Shown here: positions 29,894 through 39,125 of the stretch, piece after piece
How positions within the stretch are numbered: the stretch's first letter is position 1
Layout of the letters: each line of letters opens with the position of its first letter
Assembly (NCBI GenBank): GCA_038204425.1
Contig: JBBRCZ010000001.1
Location: 64,001-128,000 of the forward strand
Direction of reading: 5' to 3'
Length of the DNA stretch: 64,000 nucleotides
Origin: Spirochaetia bacterium
Lineage (GTDB): Bacteria; Spirochaetota; Spirochaetia; DSM-27196; Salinispiraceae
Notes under the pieces: generated by a model
Seen by the model: only the letters and a program-made list of their open reading frames with translations
The model's database searches: none
What the model was told of the DNA's origin: nothing
Translations under genes and position numbers: made by a program

Positions 29894-29966
29894 GGGCGCA
29901 TAGCTCAGTTGGGAGAGCGTCTGCCTTACAAGCAGAATGTCGGCGGTTCGAGCCCGTCTGTGCCCA
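29894..29966 (+). tRNA. tRNA-Val(TAC)
   Basis: GGGCGCATAGCTCAGTTGGGAGAGCGTCTGCCTTACAAGCAGAATGTCGGCGGTTCGAGCCCGTCTGTGCCCA; anticodon TAC; CCA not encoded. Confidence 0.97.
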
Positions 29967-30006
29967 TATTCTTTTCTTCCAGTGGCTTTCTGGAGTTTAA
30001 TTCAAG

Positions 30007-30537
30007 ATGACAAATAATGTTTTGGATCAGGCTATTAGACGAGTAAAAGACTTTCCCCACAAAGGGATAGTCTTTTACGACATCACGAGTCTAATCGCAA
30101 ACCCACAGGCTTTTTCCCTAAGCGTAGAACTGTTATCTGCTATTGTTCGTGACAGTGGTGCCCAAAAAATTGTTGGCACCGAGGCGCGAGGTTTTATTTT
30201 TGCAGCTGCGATCGCTCATGTGCTTTCTTTGCCCTTAGTTATTGCCCGCAAACCAGGAAAACTTCCAAATCCAGTGCAGATTGCAAGCTACAGTCTTGAG
30301 TACGGTAATGACAGCATTTGTATTCAAGATTTTGACCTTAGAGCAGGAGAGCATGTTTTTATAGTCGATGACTTGGTTGCCACGGGCGGGACTATCAAAG
30401 CTGTTGTCAATATTCTAGAAAAAGCCCACATGATAGTTTGCGGTGTTGGAGCGGTAATTGGACTGCCTTTTCTTGGTTTTGAGAAGATTCTATCACCAAT
30501 AAAGACACATACCCTTATTGATTTTGATTCAGAATAG
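30007..30537 (+). CDS. apt: Adenine phosphoribosyltransferase
   Basis: DFPHKGIVFYDIT, EARGF, RKPGKLP, YSLEYG, IVDDLVATGGT. Confidence 0.96.
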   Translation: MTNNVLDQAIRRVKDFPHKGIVFYDITSLIANPQAFSLSVELLSAIVRDSGAQKIVGTEARGFIFAAAIAHVLSLPLVIARKPGKLPNPVQIASYSLEYGNDSICIQDFDLRAGEHVFIVDDLVATGGTIKAVVNILEKAHMIVCGVGAVIGLPFLGFEKILSPIKTHTLIDFDSE

Positions 30538-30540
30538 ACA

Positions 30541-31248
30541 ATGATTGCAAACGACCTCAGAATACTATATCAAGATGAACAGATTTTGCTTGTACACAAA
30601 ATGCCAAAAATTCATGTGCATCCTAGTCGCCTTTCTATTGGTGAAGTCAGTCTGCAAGACCTGCTTCACCAAACTGGTTATGATTTTGCACAATGTGTTC
30701 ATCGCCTCGATAGACCAAGCTCAGGACCCGTTATTTTTGCCTTGCGCCCCGAGCTTGTAGCACCGTTGACTTTGCAATTTGAGCAAAATTTGGTGAGAAA
30801 AACCTATCTTGCGCTGGTACGTGGATGGCTGGAGAAAAAAACAGTGGCAGAGAGTCCAATTGACGATCAGTTGGGTGGCTTGGCTAAAGCAGCAATCACC
30901 CACTTAGAACCGACGAGCAGGTTCTTGATTGACCGCGAGATAGGACTTTGGAAGCATATGCGCCTTAGTCAAGTCCGCGCCCAGCCACAGACCGGTAGGA
31001 GGCATCAAATACGACGTCACCTCAAGAGGATGGGGCATCCTATTATTGGTGACTTTGCACATGGGGACCGTCACTACAATCATAGTATGATGGAGCTCTT
31101 GGGCGCCTGTAGATTGCAGCTTGCTTGTGTAGAACTGGCCTTTATTCATCCAACTACCGGTGCGCAAATAGATGTATATGATCCGATTGAACACCACGAA
31201 GCGTGGATCCTAAACAATCCGTCTTTTAGGAAACTCATGCTCAGTTAA
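30541..31248 (+). CDS. RluA/TruC-family pseudouridine synthase
   Basis: HRLDRPSSG catalytic motif, KTYLALVRG, TGRRHQIRRH, GHPIIGD. Confidence 0.93.
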   Translation: MIANDLRILYQDEQILLVHKMPKIHVHPSRLSIGEVSLQDLLHQTGYDFAQCVHRLDRPSSGPVIFALRPELVAPLTLQFEQNLVRKTYLALVRGWLEKKTVAESPIDDQLGGLAKAAITHLEPTSRFLIDREIGLWKHMRLSQVRAQPQTGRRHQIRRHLKRMGHPIIGDFAHGDRHYNHSMMELLGACRLQLACVELAFIHPTTGAQIDVYDPIEHHEAWILNNPSFRKLMLS

Positions 31249-31258
31249 GGCAATTGAG

Positions 31259-32401
31259 CTAGTACTTGGGCCCTTCTTTGCGGATTAGCCAGCACCAATG
31301 AGGCCTTTTTCCCTTAAAGTCTTCGGGTATCGACTTGTTGGTAATATCATCTATCCACTTGCAGTCTATTTTCTCTTTTTCGAGCTTAAATTTGCGGAAG
31401 TTGTTGGAAAAAACGATTGCGCCATTCTTGCTCAAGAGCTTGAGCGACTGATTGATGATAGTGACATGATCACGTTGGATGTCAAAAACACCTGCCATCT
31501 TTTTTGAGTTGGAGAATGTTGGCGGGTCAATGACTATCAAGTCAAATTGTTGTTTTTCTTTAACCGCGAGAGGAAGCCAGGCCATCACATCGGCCGACTC
31601 GCAGCGATGCAACTTACCAGCAAAACCGTTGAGGGCAAGATTACGGCTGGCCCAATCACTGTAAGTATTAGAAAGATCTACACTCAGCGTAGAAGCCGCA
31701 CCACCGGCGGCTGCATAAACAGAAAAACTGCCTGTATAAGAAAAAAGATTGAGGAAGCGACAATTGAGTGCAAACTGAGAAACCATGACTCTGGTATCGC
31801 GATGGTCAAGAAAAAGTCCTGTATCAAGGTAGTCAGATAGATTTATTTCAAACTGCAAATCATTCTCTTTTACCTCGAGTATTTTGGACAACTGAGCAAC
31901 TTTTTCATATTGCTGATGGCCCTTTTGCTGCAGTCGTGTCTTTAAAAATACGCGGTCTTCCTGTATACCCAGAGCGCGCCGTGCCGCGTCGGCCATTGCT
32001 TGAGTCCACAAAAGCATTTCTTCATCACTGAAGTTGCGGTATTTGAGAATGAGAGCAATGTGTAGGTGCTGCTGATAGACGTCAACAGTCAATGGGATCT
32101 CGGGAATATCACGGTCATAGATACGAAAACAGCTTACGCCAGTCCGTTTTGCCCATTTCCAAAGATGCATGTGCCTCTTTTTGATTCGATTACCAAACAT
32201 TTGTGCTTGCTCAGCAACACGCTCTGGATTATAACGGGGCCCACTATCGCCTTGCTCGGAATCCGTGTCCAAACTTGAGTCGGTGTCTTTTCCCTGCGAA
32301 AATTGCGCATTTTCATAAGAAGCTGATTTTTTTCTGAGTTTAATTTGCTCAAATCGTTCTTTCTTTTTTAAGGCTTGACTCTTGGGGGCATCACTTTCCA
32401 T
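31259..32401 (-). CDS. Stand-alone RlmK-like 23S rRNA SAM-dependent methyltransferase
   Basis: RIYDRDIPE, NLSDYLDTGLFLDHR, LNLFSYTG, DLSNTY, DPPTFSNSK; matches the C-terminal half of RlmKL. Confidence 0.88.
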   Translation of the reverse strand: MESDAPKSQALKKKERFEQIKLRKKSASYENAQFSQGKDTDSSLDTDSEQGDSGPRYNPERVAEQAQMFGNRIKKRHMHLWKWAKRTGVSCFRIYDRDIPEIPLTVDVYQQHLHIALILKYRNFSDEEMLLWTQAMADAARRALGIQEDRVFLKTRLQQKGHQQYEKVAQLSKILEVKENDLQFEINLSDYLDTGLFLDHRDTRVMVSQFALNCRFLNLFSYTGSFSVYAAAGGAASTLSVDLSNTYSDWASRNLALNGFAGKLHRCESADVMAWLPLAVKEKQQFDLIVIDPPTFSNSKKMAGVFDIQRDHVTIINQSLKLLSKNGAIVFSNNFRKFKLEKEKIDCKWIDDITNKSIPEDFKGKRPHWCWLIRKEGPKY

Positions 32402-33050
32402 TTTTACTTCTTTCAAAGGCACGATTCTTTGCAATTTTAACTGACAAAACAGCGTAGCCAGAGGAGAGGTCCTCTTTTTGCACGATTACCGCGCGAGGAA
32501 CTTTTAGTTTGACGTTGGTGAAGTTCCAAATCGCCTTAATGCCAGCATCAATCAAAAAGTCGGTCATCTCCTGAGCTACGGCCGAAGGAACGGCTAAGAT
32601 TGCCATTTCAATTTCCAGTTTGGTGATAAGCTCTTGAATCTGAGACAAAGGGTGCACTTTGTTGCCGTTAATGGTTGCGCCAATTTTTGATTTATCCTGA
32701 TCAAATGCCGCCATAATTTTGAGACCGTGTCGCGAAAATTCACTGTAGCCCATCAGGGCACTTCCCAAGTTCCCTGTTCCCACCAAAATTGCGCGATTGA
32801 TAGTATTCCAGTCAAGGAAGCGGTTGATAGCTTCTATAAGTTGATTGACGGGAAAACCAAGCCTTGGTTTTCCAACGATTCCAGTTAATGCCAAATCCTT
32901 ACGAACTTGGATTGCTTCAAGTTCCAGCTCTTCGGCAATTACTGTTCCTGATATGTACTCTTTGCCTTCTTTTTGTGCAGCTTCGATAACCAACAAGTAT
33001 GAAGGAAGTCGTTTTATCGTGGGCAGGCTCGACAGTTTAAAGTGCGACAT
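32391..33050 (-). CDS. rex: Redox-sensing transcriptional repressor Rex
   Basis: PTIKRLPSY, QVRKDL, VGTGNLGSAL, GIKAIWNF. Confidence 0.93.
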   Translation of the reverse strand: MSHFKLSSLPTIKRLPSYLLVIEAAQKEGKEYISGTVIAEELELEAIQVRKDLALTGIVGKPRLGFPVNQLIEAINRFLDWNTINRAILVGTGNLGSALMGYSEFSRHGLKIMAAFDQDKSKIGATINGNKVHPLSQIQELITKLEIEMAILAVPSAVAQEMTDFLIDAGIKAIWNFTNVKLKVPRAVIVQKEDLSSGYAVLSVKIAKNRAFERSKNGK

Positions 33051-33140
33051 GGACACTCCTCAGATGCTCTCGATCAAAGTCTAGATCCAGTAGTATACTG
33101 GAAGTGTAAGTGATTGAAAAGCAAGCAGGTAGACGAAGAT

Positions 33141-34439
33141 ATGTCACAGAATAGACGCGGCCAGAGCAATCCCCGATTAAATCTCCCTGGCAAACCCCAA
33201 GAACTTGAGCTCGTGATAGAAAAAATTGTGCCAGGTGGCCAGGGCCTAGCTCGGGGACCAGATGGAGTAGTTTTTGTTGCAGGCGCATTGCCGGGCGAAC
33301 ATGTACGGGTAAAGATTACAAAGAGTAAAAAGGGCTACCAAGAAGCTCAATTGCTTGAGGTAATACAAGCCAGTCCGAGGCGAGTTAAGGCAGTATGTCA
33401 ACACTACGGAACATGTGGTGGCTGTGACCTCATGCACGCCAGCTATGAACTTCAAATTGAAATAAAAAAGAGCATTTTTTTGGATGCGATGCATCGGCAA
33501 GGCCCTTGGAATAGGCAGGAAAAGAGCGCAGAGCATCTTCAGTTTTTGGCTGGTAAGCCGTTGCAGTATCGTTCGCGTTTTAGGTTTTCCATCGATCAAG
33601 ATGGCTTTCTTGGTCTTTTGGGCAGAAATAGTAATCACATAGTTCGTCTCAATGACTGTTCAATTGCTCATCCGCGTATTCGTGAAAGAATTCAGCAAAA
33701 CCAGCCCGTTGATTTAGTTTCTCTTAAAACACCGCTAGGCAATTTCGACCAAAACGGACAAGAAGATAGTCTAGATATTCGACAAGAAGGCGACTACCCA
33801 GTTTTTGCCGATGACAAACAACTTTTTTTAGCTGGTCAAGCTTGGCACACCATGGTGCATGGAAAAATATTTTCCTTCGATAGCAATAGTTTCTTTCAAA
33901 GTAATATTGCGATGCTTTCGTCGATGGCCGACTGGGTCAAGCTTAGACTGGCGCACTTTGTGCCAGATACTTCTAGAGTTTTACTCGATCTTTACGGAGG
34001 AGTGGGAACCTTTTGCGTATTGCTTTCCCAGCCTGGTAACGCATCGATAGTGGTTGATAGCAATCAACATAATATTGAACACGCAAGGCTCAATACTAAG
34101 GCTATTGGCGCCCAAGTATTTACAGGAACCGTGGATGAGTGGTTGACCTCAAGCGAGAGCGATGCCTTTACTAAACATGAAGGTGCACTACTTATGGTTC
34201 TTGACCCGCCTCGCAGCGGTTTAAGCAAGGCACTCCTTGAATCAATACAGTTGATCAAACCACGGGCAATTGTCTATGTTTCGTGTAATCCTACCAGTTT
34301 TGCACGGGACAGCTTGGCTTTGGAAAAGCAAGGTTATGTGCTAGCCGACCTTTGTCTTTTTGACTTCTATCCGCAAACTTGGCATATAGAATCCGCCGCG
34401 ATCTTCTTGATCAATGACGGATTGGCCTCGGATTCGTGA
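33141..34439 (+). CDS. TRAM-domain RNA m5U methyltransferase (RlmD/TrmA family)
   Basis: TRAM domain, CQHYGTCGGC Fe-S motif, SFFQSN, DLYGGVG, DPPRSG, YVSCNP, DFYPQTWHIE. Confidence 0.92.
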   Translation: MSQNRRGQSNPRLNLPGKPQELELVIEKIVPGGQGLARGPDGVVFVAGALPGEHVRVKITKSKKGYQEAQLLEVIQASPRRVKAVCQHYGTCGGCDLMHASYELQIEIKKSIFLDAMHRQGPWNRQEKSAEHLQFLAGKPLQYRSRFRFSIDQDGFLGLLGRNSNHIVRLNDCSIAHPRIRERIQQNQPVDLVSLKTPLGNFDQNGQEDSLDIRQEGDYPVFADDKQLFLAGQAWHTMVHGKIFSFDSNSFFQSNIAMLSSMADWVKLRLAHFVPDTSRVLLDLYGGVGTFCVLLSQPGNASIVVDSNQHNIEHARLNTKAIGAQVFTGTVDEWLTSSESDAFTKHEGALLMVLDPPRSGLSKALLESIQLIKPRAIVYVSCNPTSFARDSLALEKQGYVLADLCLFDFYPQTWHIESAAIFLINDGLASDS

Positions 34440-34451
34440 GGGCACAAAATA

Positions 34452-35867
34452 GTGAATATGGTGGTCAGACATAGTAAACAATTTCTTATAACATGCTATT
34501 TTTTGCTGCTAAGTTGTCTATGCAATCTGACTGCCTCGGACAACGATCCAACCGAGCACGTAAGGCGAATACAACTAAAGGGTCAATTAATAGCCTTGCC
34601 TCAAAGAATCGGCAAGTACCATATTCTTGTAGTCAGCGACGACAGGCGGATTAGCCTGATCGATGTTTTGGCTAGCATACAATGGACGGTTCAACTGCCT
34701 AAGCGCATAATTTCTCCCCCTCAAGTCTCTTTGGAGGGCACGATCTTGATTACTATGTTGGACCAGAACTTCGTATTGCTTAGCATGGCTGGTTCGATCA
34801 TTAGATCATGGTCTGGCCAAAGCAATCCAATAAAGCATATGTATTTGAGTCCAGAAGGTCGAATTTTAAAGGTCGACCACAACAACCGAGCTTTTTTTTG
34901 CCACCCCAACGGTGAAACCATTTTTGAACTTTCTTCCAAAGCCTTGGATTGGTCTCAGCCTGAATTTTATTATGGTGGCTTGATGATCGGTGACAAGAAA
35001 CAAAATCGGGCCGTTTTTTTTTGGTCAGGTCGACTGCTCGACAACGCCAATGCACTAGCTCTAGGCGATTATAAACAATTGGGTCAAAAACTAGGCCTTA
35101 GCAAGGGCAAAGAAACGGAAGCAGCAATTCTTAGTGGGCAACTGCATGTTACCATAGACAAAAGTGTTAGTTACTATGAAGCACGAGTTTTTTCGAGCAA
35201 CTTGGATGTCTTGGTTCGAGCAAAAACAAGCTTCGGATACCAGTTGCTTGATCAGAACGAACCTGCATTGTTTGCGTGGGGAGATGGACTTTGGCACTTT
35301 TATATTGTTGCCGAGAAAGGAAAAAACCCAGACGGAACTAGTCCCAATTTGGCCTCGTTAAGTACCGGTCTTGCAACCAAAACAACAGTGATTGACCAAA
35401 GTTTTGCAAGCCAAGACAGCCTTATAAGGCGTCTCTTGTCGGAGGCAGGGGCGCGGCAAGCGCAGGATCTACATACGCTGGTAAAACAATCGCTTGAGCA
35501 CAATCTGATGGCAGGTAGACTTTATTTTTATGAAGACTTCGTACTTCAACTTTTGGAACTTGCGGTGGAAAAGCCAAGTCAAAAGGCTAATATTTCTGTG
35601 CTAATAGAAACGCTTAGCCTCATTCCTTCCAGTCGGCACATCGCGCGTTACTACGATTTTTTTGAACAGGAACGAGACGCTTCTTTAGAATTGGCTTGGA
35701 TAGATTTATTTTCCAAAGTTAATAGTGCCGGCCAAGAAAGGTTGCTGGACATGATTGTAAAGAAAATTGAAACATGGCAAACTTCCAATTGGTCCAATAG
35801 GATCAAAGATATCTTGCAATCCAAAGCAAAATATCTGCTTAGTGAAAAGCCAACCGGTATACAATGA
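34452..35867 (+). CDS. Exported hypothetical protein (PQQ-like propeller N-terminus, helical C-terminus)
   Basis: Signal-like N-terminus and beta-rich repeats; weak family assignment. Confidence 0.6.
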   Translation: MNMVVRHSKQFLITCYFLLLSCLCNLTASDNDPTEHVRRIQLKGQLIALPQRIGKYHILVVSDDRRISLIDVLASIQWTVQLPKRIISPPQVSLEGTILITMLDQNFVLLSMAGSIIRSWSGQSNPIKHMYLSPEGRILKVDHNNRAFFCHPNGETIFELSSKALDWSQPEFYYGGLMIGDKKQNRAVFFWSGRLLDNANALALGDYKQLGQKLGLSKGKETEAAILSGQLHVTIDKSVSYYEARVFSSNLDVLVRAKTSFGYQLLDQNEPALFAWGDGLWHFYIVAEKGKNPDGTSPNLASLSTGLATKTTVIDQSFASQDSLIRRLLSEAGARQAQDLHTLVKQSLEHNLMAGRLYFYEDFVLQLLELAVEKPSQKANISVLIETLSLIPSSRHIARYYDFFEQERDASLELAWIDLFSKVNSAGQERLLDMIVKKIETWQTSNWSNRIKDILQSKAKYLLSEKPTGIQ

Positions 35868-35924
35868 GTTTATTTGTCAGATTCAAGTAGTGCATTGTCG
35901 CCAAAATAATAGTATTATAATGGT

Positions 35925-37487
35925 ATGAAACGCAGTATTCTACTTTTATTGATTGTCGGATTCGTGCAGCTTGGCTATGCTCAACAAGTAGATAGAGATG
36001 AGTTTGCAGAAATTCTCGGTCGAACCATTAATTTTGAAAATTACACGGGCTCGTATTCACAAACCGACAGTTTAACACAGATCAGGGGCATTGGTCAGGC
36101 ATTGGCTAGTGGTATTGTCGTTAGCCGAGACAGCCGAGCAAGTTTTGCCGCAAAATATCAGGTTTTCCATGTCGTAGGGAGTCCCGATGAACCCGGGAAA
36201 CCGGCAGATGTCTTGGTTTTTTTACCAGGTGCTGGCACAGACCATATCGACAACGTTCGTCGGATAATCGCTTCGTATCTATCAGCAGCTTACAAGTACT
36301 CGGACGGCGATGCCAACTTGTTGGCACTGTTTATAACCATATACAACGCCGTCCACCGTGGAAATTTTAAATTATTTGAGAGTCGCTACAAAAAAAGTGT
36401 TCTTGCTTTCTTAAGTGCCGATAAGGTGGGGCTGTCTCTATCGTACCGTGATTGGCCAGGTAAGTCCCAAATTGTAATTCCGCTAAGTATTGCTATCGGG
36501 ACCATCAAAGACAACAACCAACTTACAGCGGTTACTACGAGTGAACTATTGACTAAGGAACTCTTGGAAACCGTGCGAGATCGACCTGATGATGGTACTG
36601 CCGAAAGGCAACGTTTAGTTGAACTAATGGAAAGAACTCGCGAGCAGGAACAAAGAGCATTGGAAGCAGAACGCGCCAAACTAGAGCAAGAACGTCGTGA
36701 TGCACAAAAGAGAGAGACCGAACGAGCACGAGAAGCCATTGTAAGGACTGACGAGTCAAGCAAAACTGTAGTACAGGCCGAAGATCAAGCCAGCGAAACG
36801 GTTGTAAAGACCCAGACAAGAACTGAGACGCTCGCTAAAGTTGAGCAATCGCAAAACGACCAACAACAAAGCGTTGCGCAAAAAAAACGTGAAGAAGAGT
36901 TACAGGCGCGGCAGGAACAAAATGACCAGCTTGAAGTCGCGACTAACCAACTTAGGACAGAGACTGCCAAAGATTTACAGAATGCAGGTTCTGCGGTAAG
37001 CGAAGCGACGCCTGTTCTTTTTGTGCAAACTGCTTTGGTACAAGGACTAGTTATCGGAAAAGTGCAAAGGGTCAACATCGATAGTGGCCAAATACTCGCC
37101 AAAAACGATTCATTGCAAATCATCGGTCGTAGACTAATGCCAATTGGTGGCGATCATCTCGCGCTCGTACTGCAGGGCCCGGGAGATGCGCGTCTTGTTT
37201 TAATTGCAAATAAAGATCTTAGCCTACAAAAAACAGGATCAGCTATAGTTTCTCCCTACTCAGAAATTGTACTGAGCCCAGACAATCAAGAAATTTTGGC
37301 AGTCATTTCTGAAAATGGCGAATGGTACCTAGGTCGATTTGATGCAAAGCTCAATCCAATCATGCGTTCGGTTATTCCAGTTGACCCGCTTGGTGCTATT
37401 AGCCTATCTTCAGGGGTAATTGTAGTGCAACGAAAAGATGGTAGACCAACCTTGCTGCAAGCAAAAGATTTGACGAGTGCTCGATAG
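35925..37487 (+). CDS. P83/100 family protein
   Basis: Signal peptide, then VDRDE...INFENYTG, DHIDNVRRII, YNAVHRG, WPGKSQIVIPL, a central E/Q/R-rich coiled coil and a C-terminal beta domain; architecture of the Borrelia P83/100 antigen. Confidence 0.88.
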   Translation: MKRSILLLLIVGFVQLGYAQQVDRDEFAEILGRTINFENYTGSYSQTDSLTQIRGIGQALASGIVVSRDSRASFAAKYQVFHVVGSPDEPGKPADVLVFLPGAGTDHIDNVRRIIASYLSAAYKYSDGDANLLALFITIYNAVHRGNFKLFESRYKKSVLAFLSADKVGLSLSYRDWPGKSQIVIPLSIAIGTIKDNNQLTAVTTSELLTKELLETVRDRPDDGTAERQRLVELMERTREQEQRALEAERAKLEQERRDAQKRETERAREAIVRTDESSKTVVQAEDQASETVVKTQTRTETLAKVEQSQNDQQQSVAQKKREEELQARQEQNDQLEVATNQLRTETAKDLQNAGSAVSEATPVLFVQTALVQGLVIGKVQRVNIDSGQILAKNDSLQIIGRRLMPIGGDHLALVLQGPGDARLVLIANKDLSLQKTGSAIVSPYSEIVLSPDNQEILAVISENGEWYLGRFDAKLNPIMRSVIPVDPLGAISLSSGVIVVQRKDGRPTLLQAKDLTSAR

Positions 37488-37521
37488 CGTCTACTATCCG
37501 ATTTTTTGACAGGGGAATACC

Positions 37522-39096
37522 ATGAGCCACTCACCTTTTTTGGGTCGTACCATACAAGTTGTAAAGGACCTAAGTCTAGATGAGCAAGCCTATCTTTACA
37601 AAAAGACCCGTGACCTTAAACAGGCCATTCTAGCTGGTAAAGACTGGCAGCAGTTTTGCATCAACAAAAAAGATCGGGGCGTCTATCTTCTTTTTTTAGA
37701 GGATTCTACGCGTACCAAAGAATCATTTAGAAATGCAGCAATTTTTCACAGTCTCAAAGTAAATGATTTTGACGCCCGCACCTCAAGTTTTCAAAAAAAA
37801 GAGAACATAACCGACACGGTAAAAATGCTTATGGGCTATAGCTCAAGCAGTATGTTTGTAATCAGGAGCAAGCAAGAGGGAGTTTGTCGGTGGCTGGATT
37901 CAAGCATGAGTCGCTACGCGCAAAAGGCCGGTCTTGAAAAGCCAAGTTTTATCAACGCTGGTGACGGCCAACATGAGCATCCGACCCAAGAATTTTTGGA
38001 CGAGTTTAGTTTTTTAGAATACTATAATTGGGATGCGAGTCATATTCACATTGCTTTGGTCGGAGACCTTTTTCACGGAAGGACTGTCCATTCTAAAGTT
38101 GAAGGTCTAAAGATATTCAAGAATGTAGAAGTTGATCTGATAGCGCCAGCCGAAATCGCAATGCCTGTCCACTATGTGACTTTGATGAAGAAATCGGGCT
38201 ATAAAGTCAGAATTTTTGACTCGATAGAGGAATATATTGCACAAAAACACAGAGCCGACGTTTGGTATTTTACTCGACTTCAACTTGAACGGATGGGCGA
38301 ACGACTTGTTAAGCAGGCAGAACAACTGCGTCAGGCTGTTAGCTTTAGTTACGACTATTTGAATAAGATCGATGCCAAGACTCGTTTTTTTCACCCACTT
38401 CCACGACACTCGGAAACGCCTACTATCCCAATGTTCTTGGATGATACGCCATTTAATGCTTGGGATGAGCAAAGTCGCAATGGATACTTCACGCGGATAG
38501 TAGCAATCGGCATGTTGGGCGGCAGTATTGGCGGTGATTTTGAAGGTGAATCTCCTCGGCAGATCTTGCATGAAGAGCCACACATCGAAACTGTTCCGGT
38601 TAGAACAAAGTCCAAACCCGAGTACAAAATTGGTATACGTCCCGTGGAAGCTGGAATAGTGATTGACCACATTGGCGTTGGTTCTCAGCCGCGTCAAATC
38701 TGGGATCATATCGCCAAGATAAGACATATTTTGGACTTACATATGGTGAGTTCCCAGGGAGTTTTTAAGTCGGAACATCATGATCATTATAAAGGAATAG
38801 TATCGATACCTGGCCTGCACGAACTAAATGAAGACAAAATCCGCATGCTAGCAGCAATTGCACCGGGATCAACATTAAACACCATAGTAGCACATCATGT
38901 TGTAAAAAAATTCCGACTAAGTATCCCCGATAGAGTGAGTAAGCTCCCTGGTCTACGCTGTAAGAACGAAGCATGCATTTCCAACCCAGAATTTTTTGAA
39001 CCAGTTGTAGCTGAGTTTATTAAGACTGACCAAGATACCTATCGGTGTATTTACTGCAATACACCTCACGCCTACCGCGACATTTGGATCAACTAG
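37522..39096 (+). CDS. pyrBI: Fused aspartate carbamoyltransferase catalytic/regulatory subunit
   Basis: STRTKESF, NAGDGQHEHPTQ, HGRTVHS, TRLQLER, HPLPR, then PyrI motifs GIVIDHI and CKNEAC...CIYC (Zn). Confidence 0.95.
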   Translation: MSHSPFLGRTIQVVKDLSLDEQAYLYKKTRDLKQAILAGKDWQQFCINKKDRGVYLLFLEDSTRTKESFRNAAIFHSLKVNDFDARTSSFQKKENITDTVKMLMGYSSSSMFVIRSKQEGVCRWLDSSMSRYAQKAGLEKPSFINAGDGQHEHPTQEFLDEFSFLEYYNWDASHIHIALVGDLFHGRTVHSKVEGLKIFKNVEVDLIAPAEIAMPVHYVTLMKKSGYKVRIFDSIEEYIAQKHRADVWYFTRLQLERMGERLVKQAEQLRQAVSFSYDYLNKIDAKTRFFHPLPRHSETPTIPMFLDDTPFNAWDEQSRNGYFTRIVAIGMLGGSIGGDFEGESPRQILHEEPHIETVPVRTKSKPEYKIGIRPVEAGIVIDHIGVGSQPRQIWDHIAKIRHILDLHMVSSQGVFKSEHHDHYKGIVSIPGLHELNEDKIRMLAAIAPGSTLNTIVAHHVVKKFRLSIPDRVSKLPGLRCKNEACISNPEFFEPVVAEFIKTDQDTYRCIYCNTPHAYRDIWIN

Positions 39097-39125
39097 GCGA
39101 AAGGTCCAAGACCTAGCTCTGAGGT

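Noticed and set aside
36600..36960. Repeat-like E/Q/R-rich stretch in the P83/100 gene
   Set aside because: Coiled-coil composition expected for this family; no exact DNA tandem repeat.
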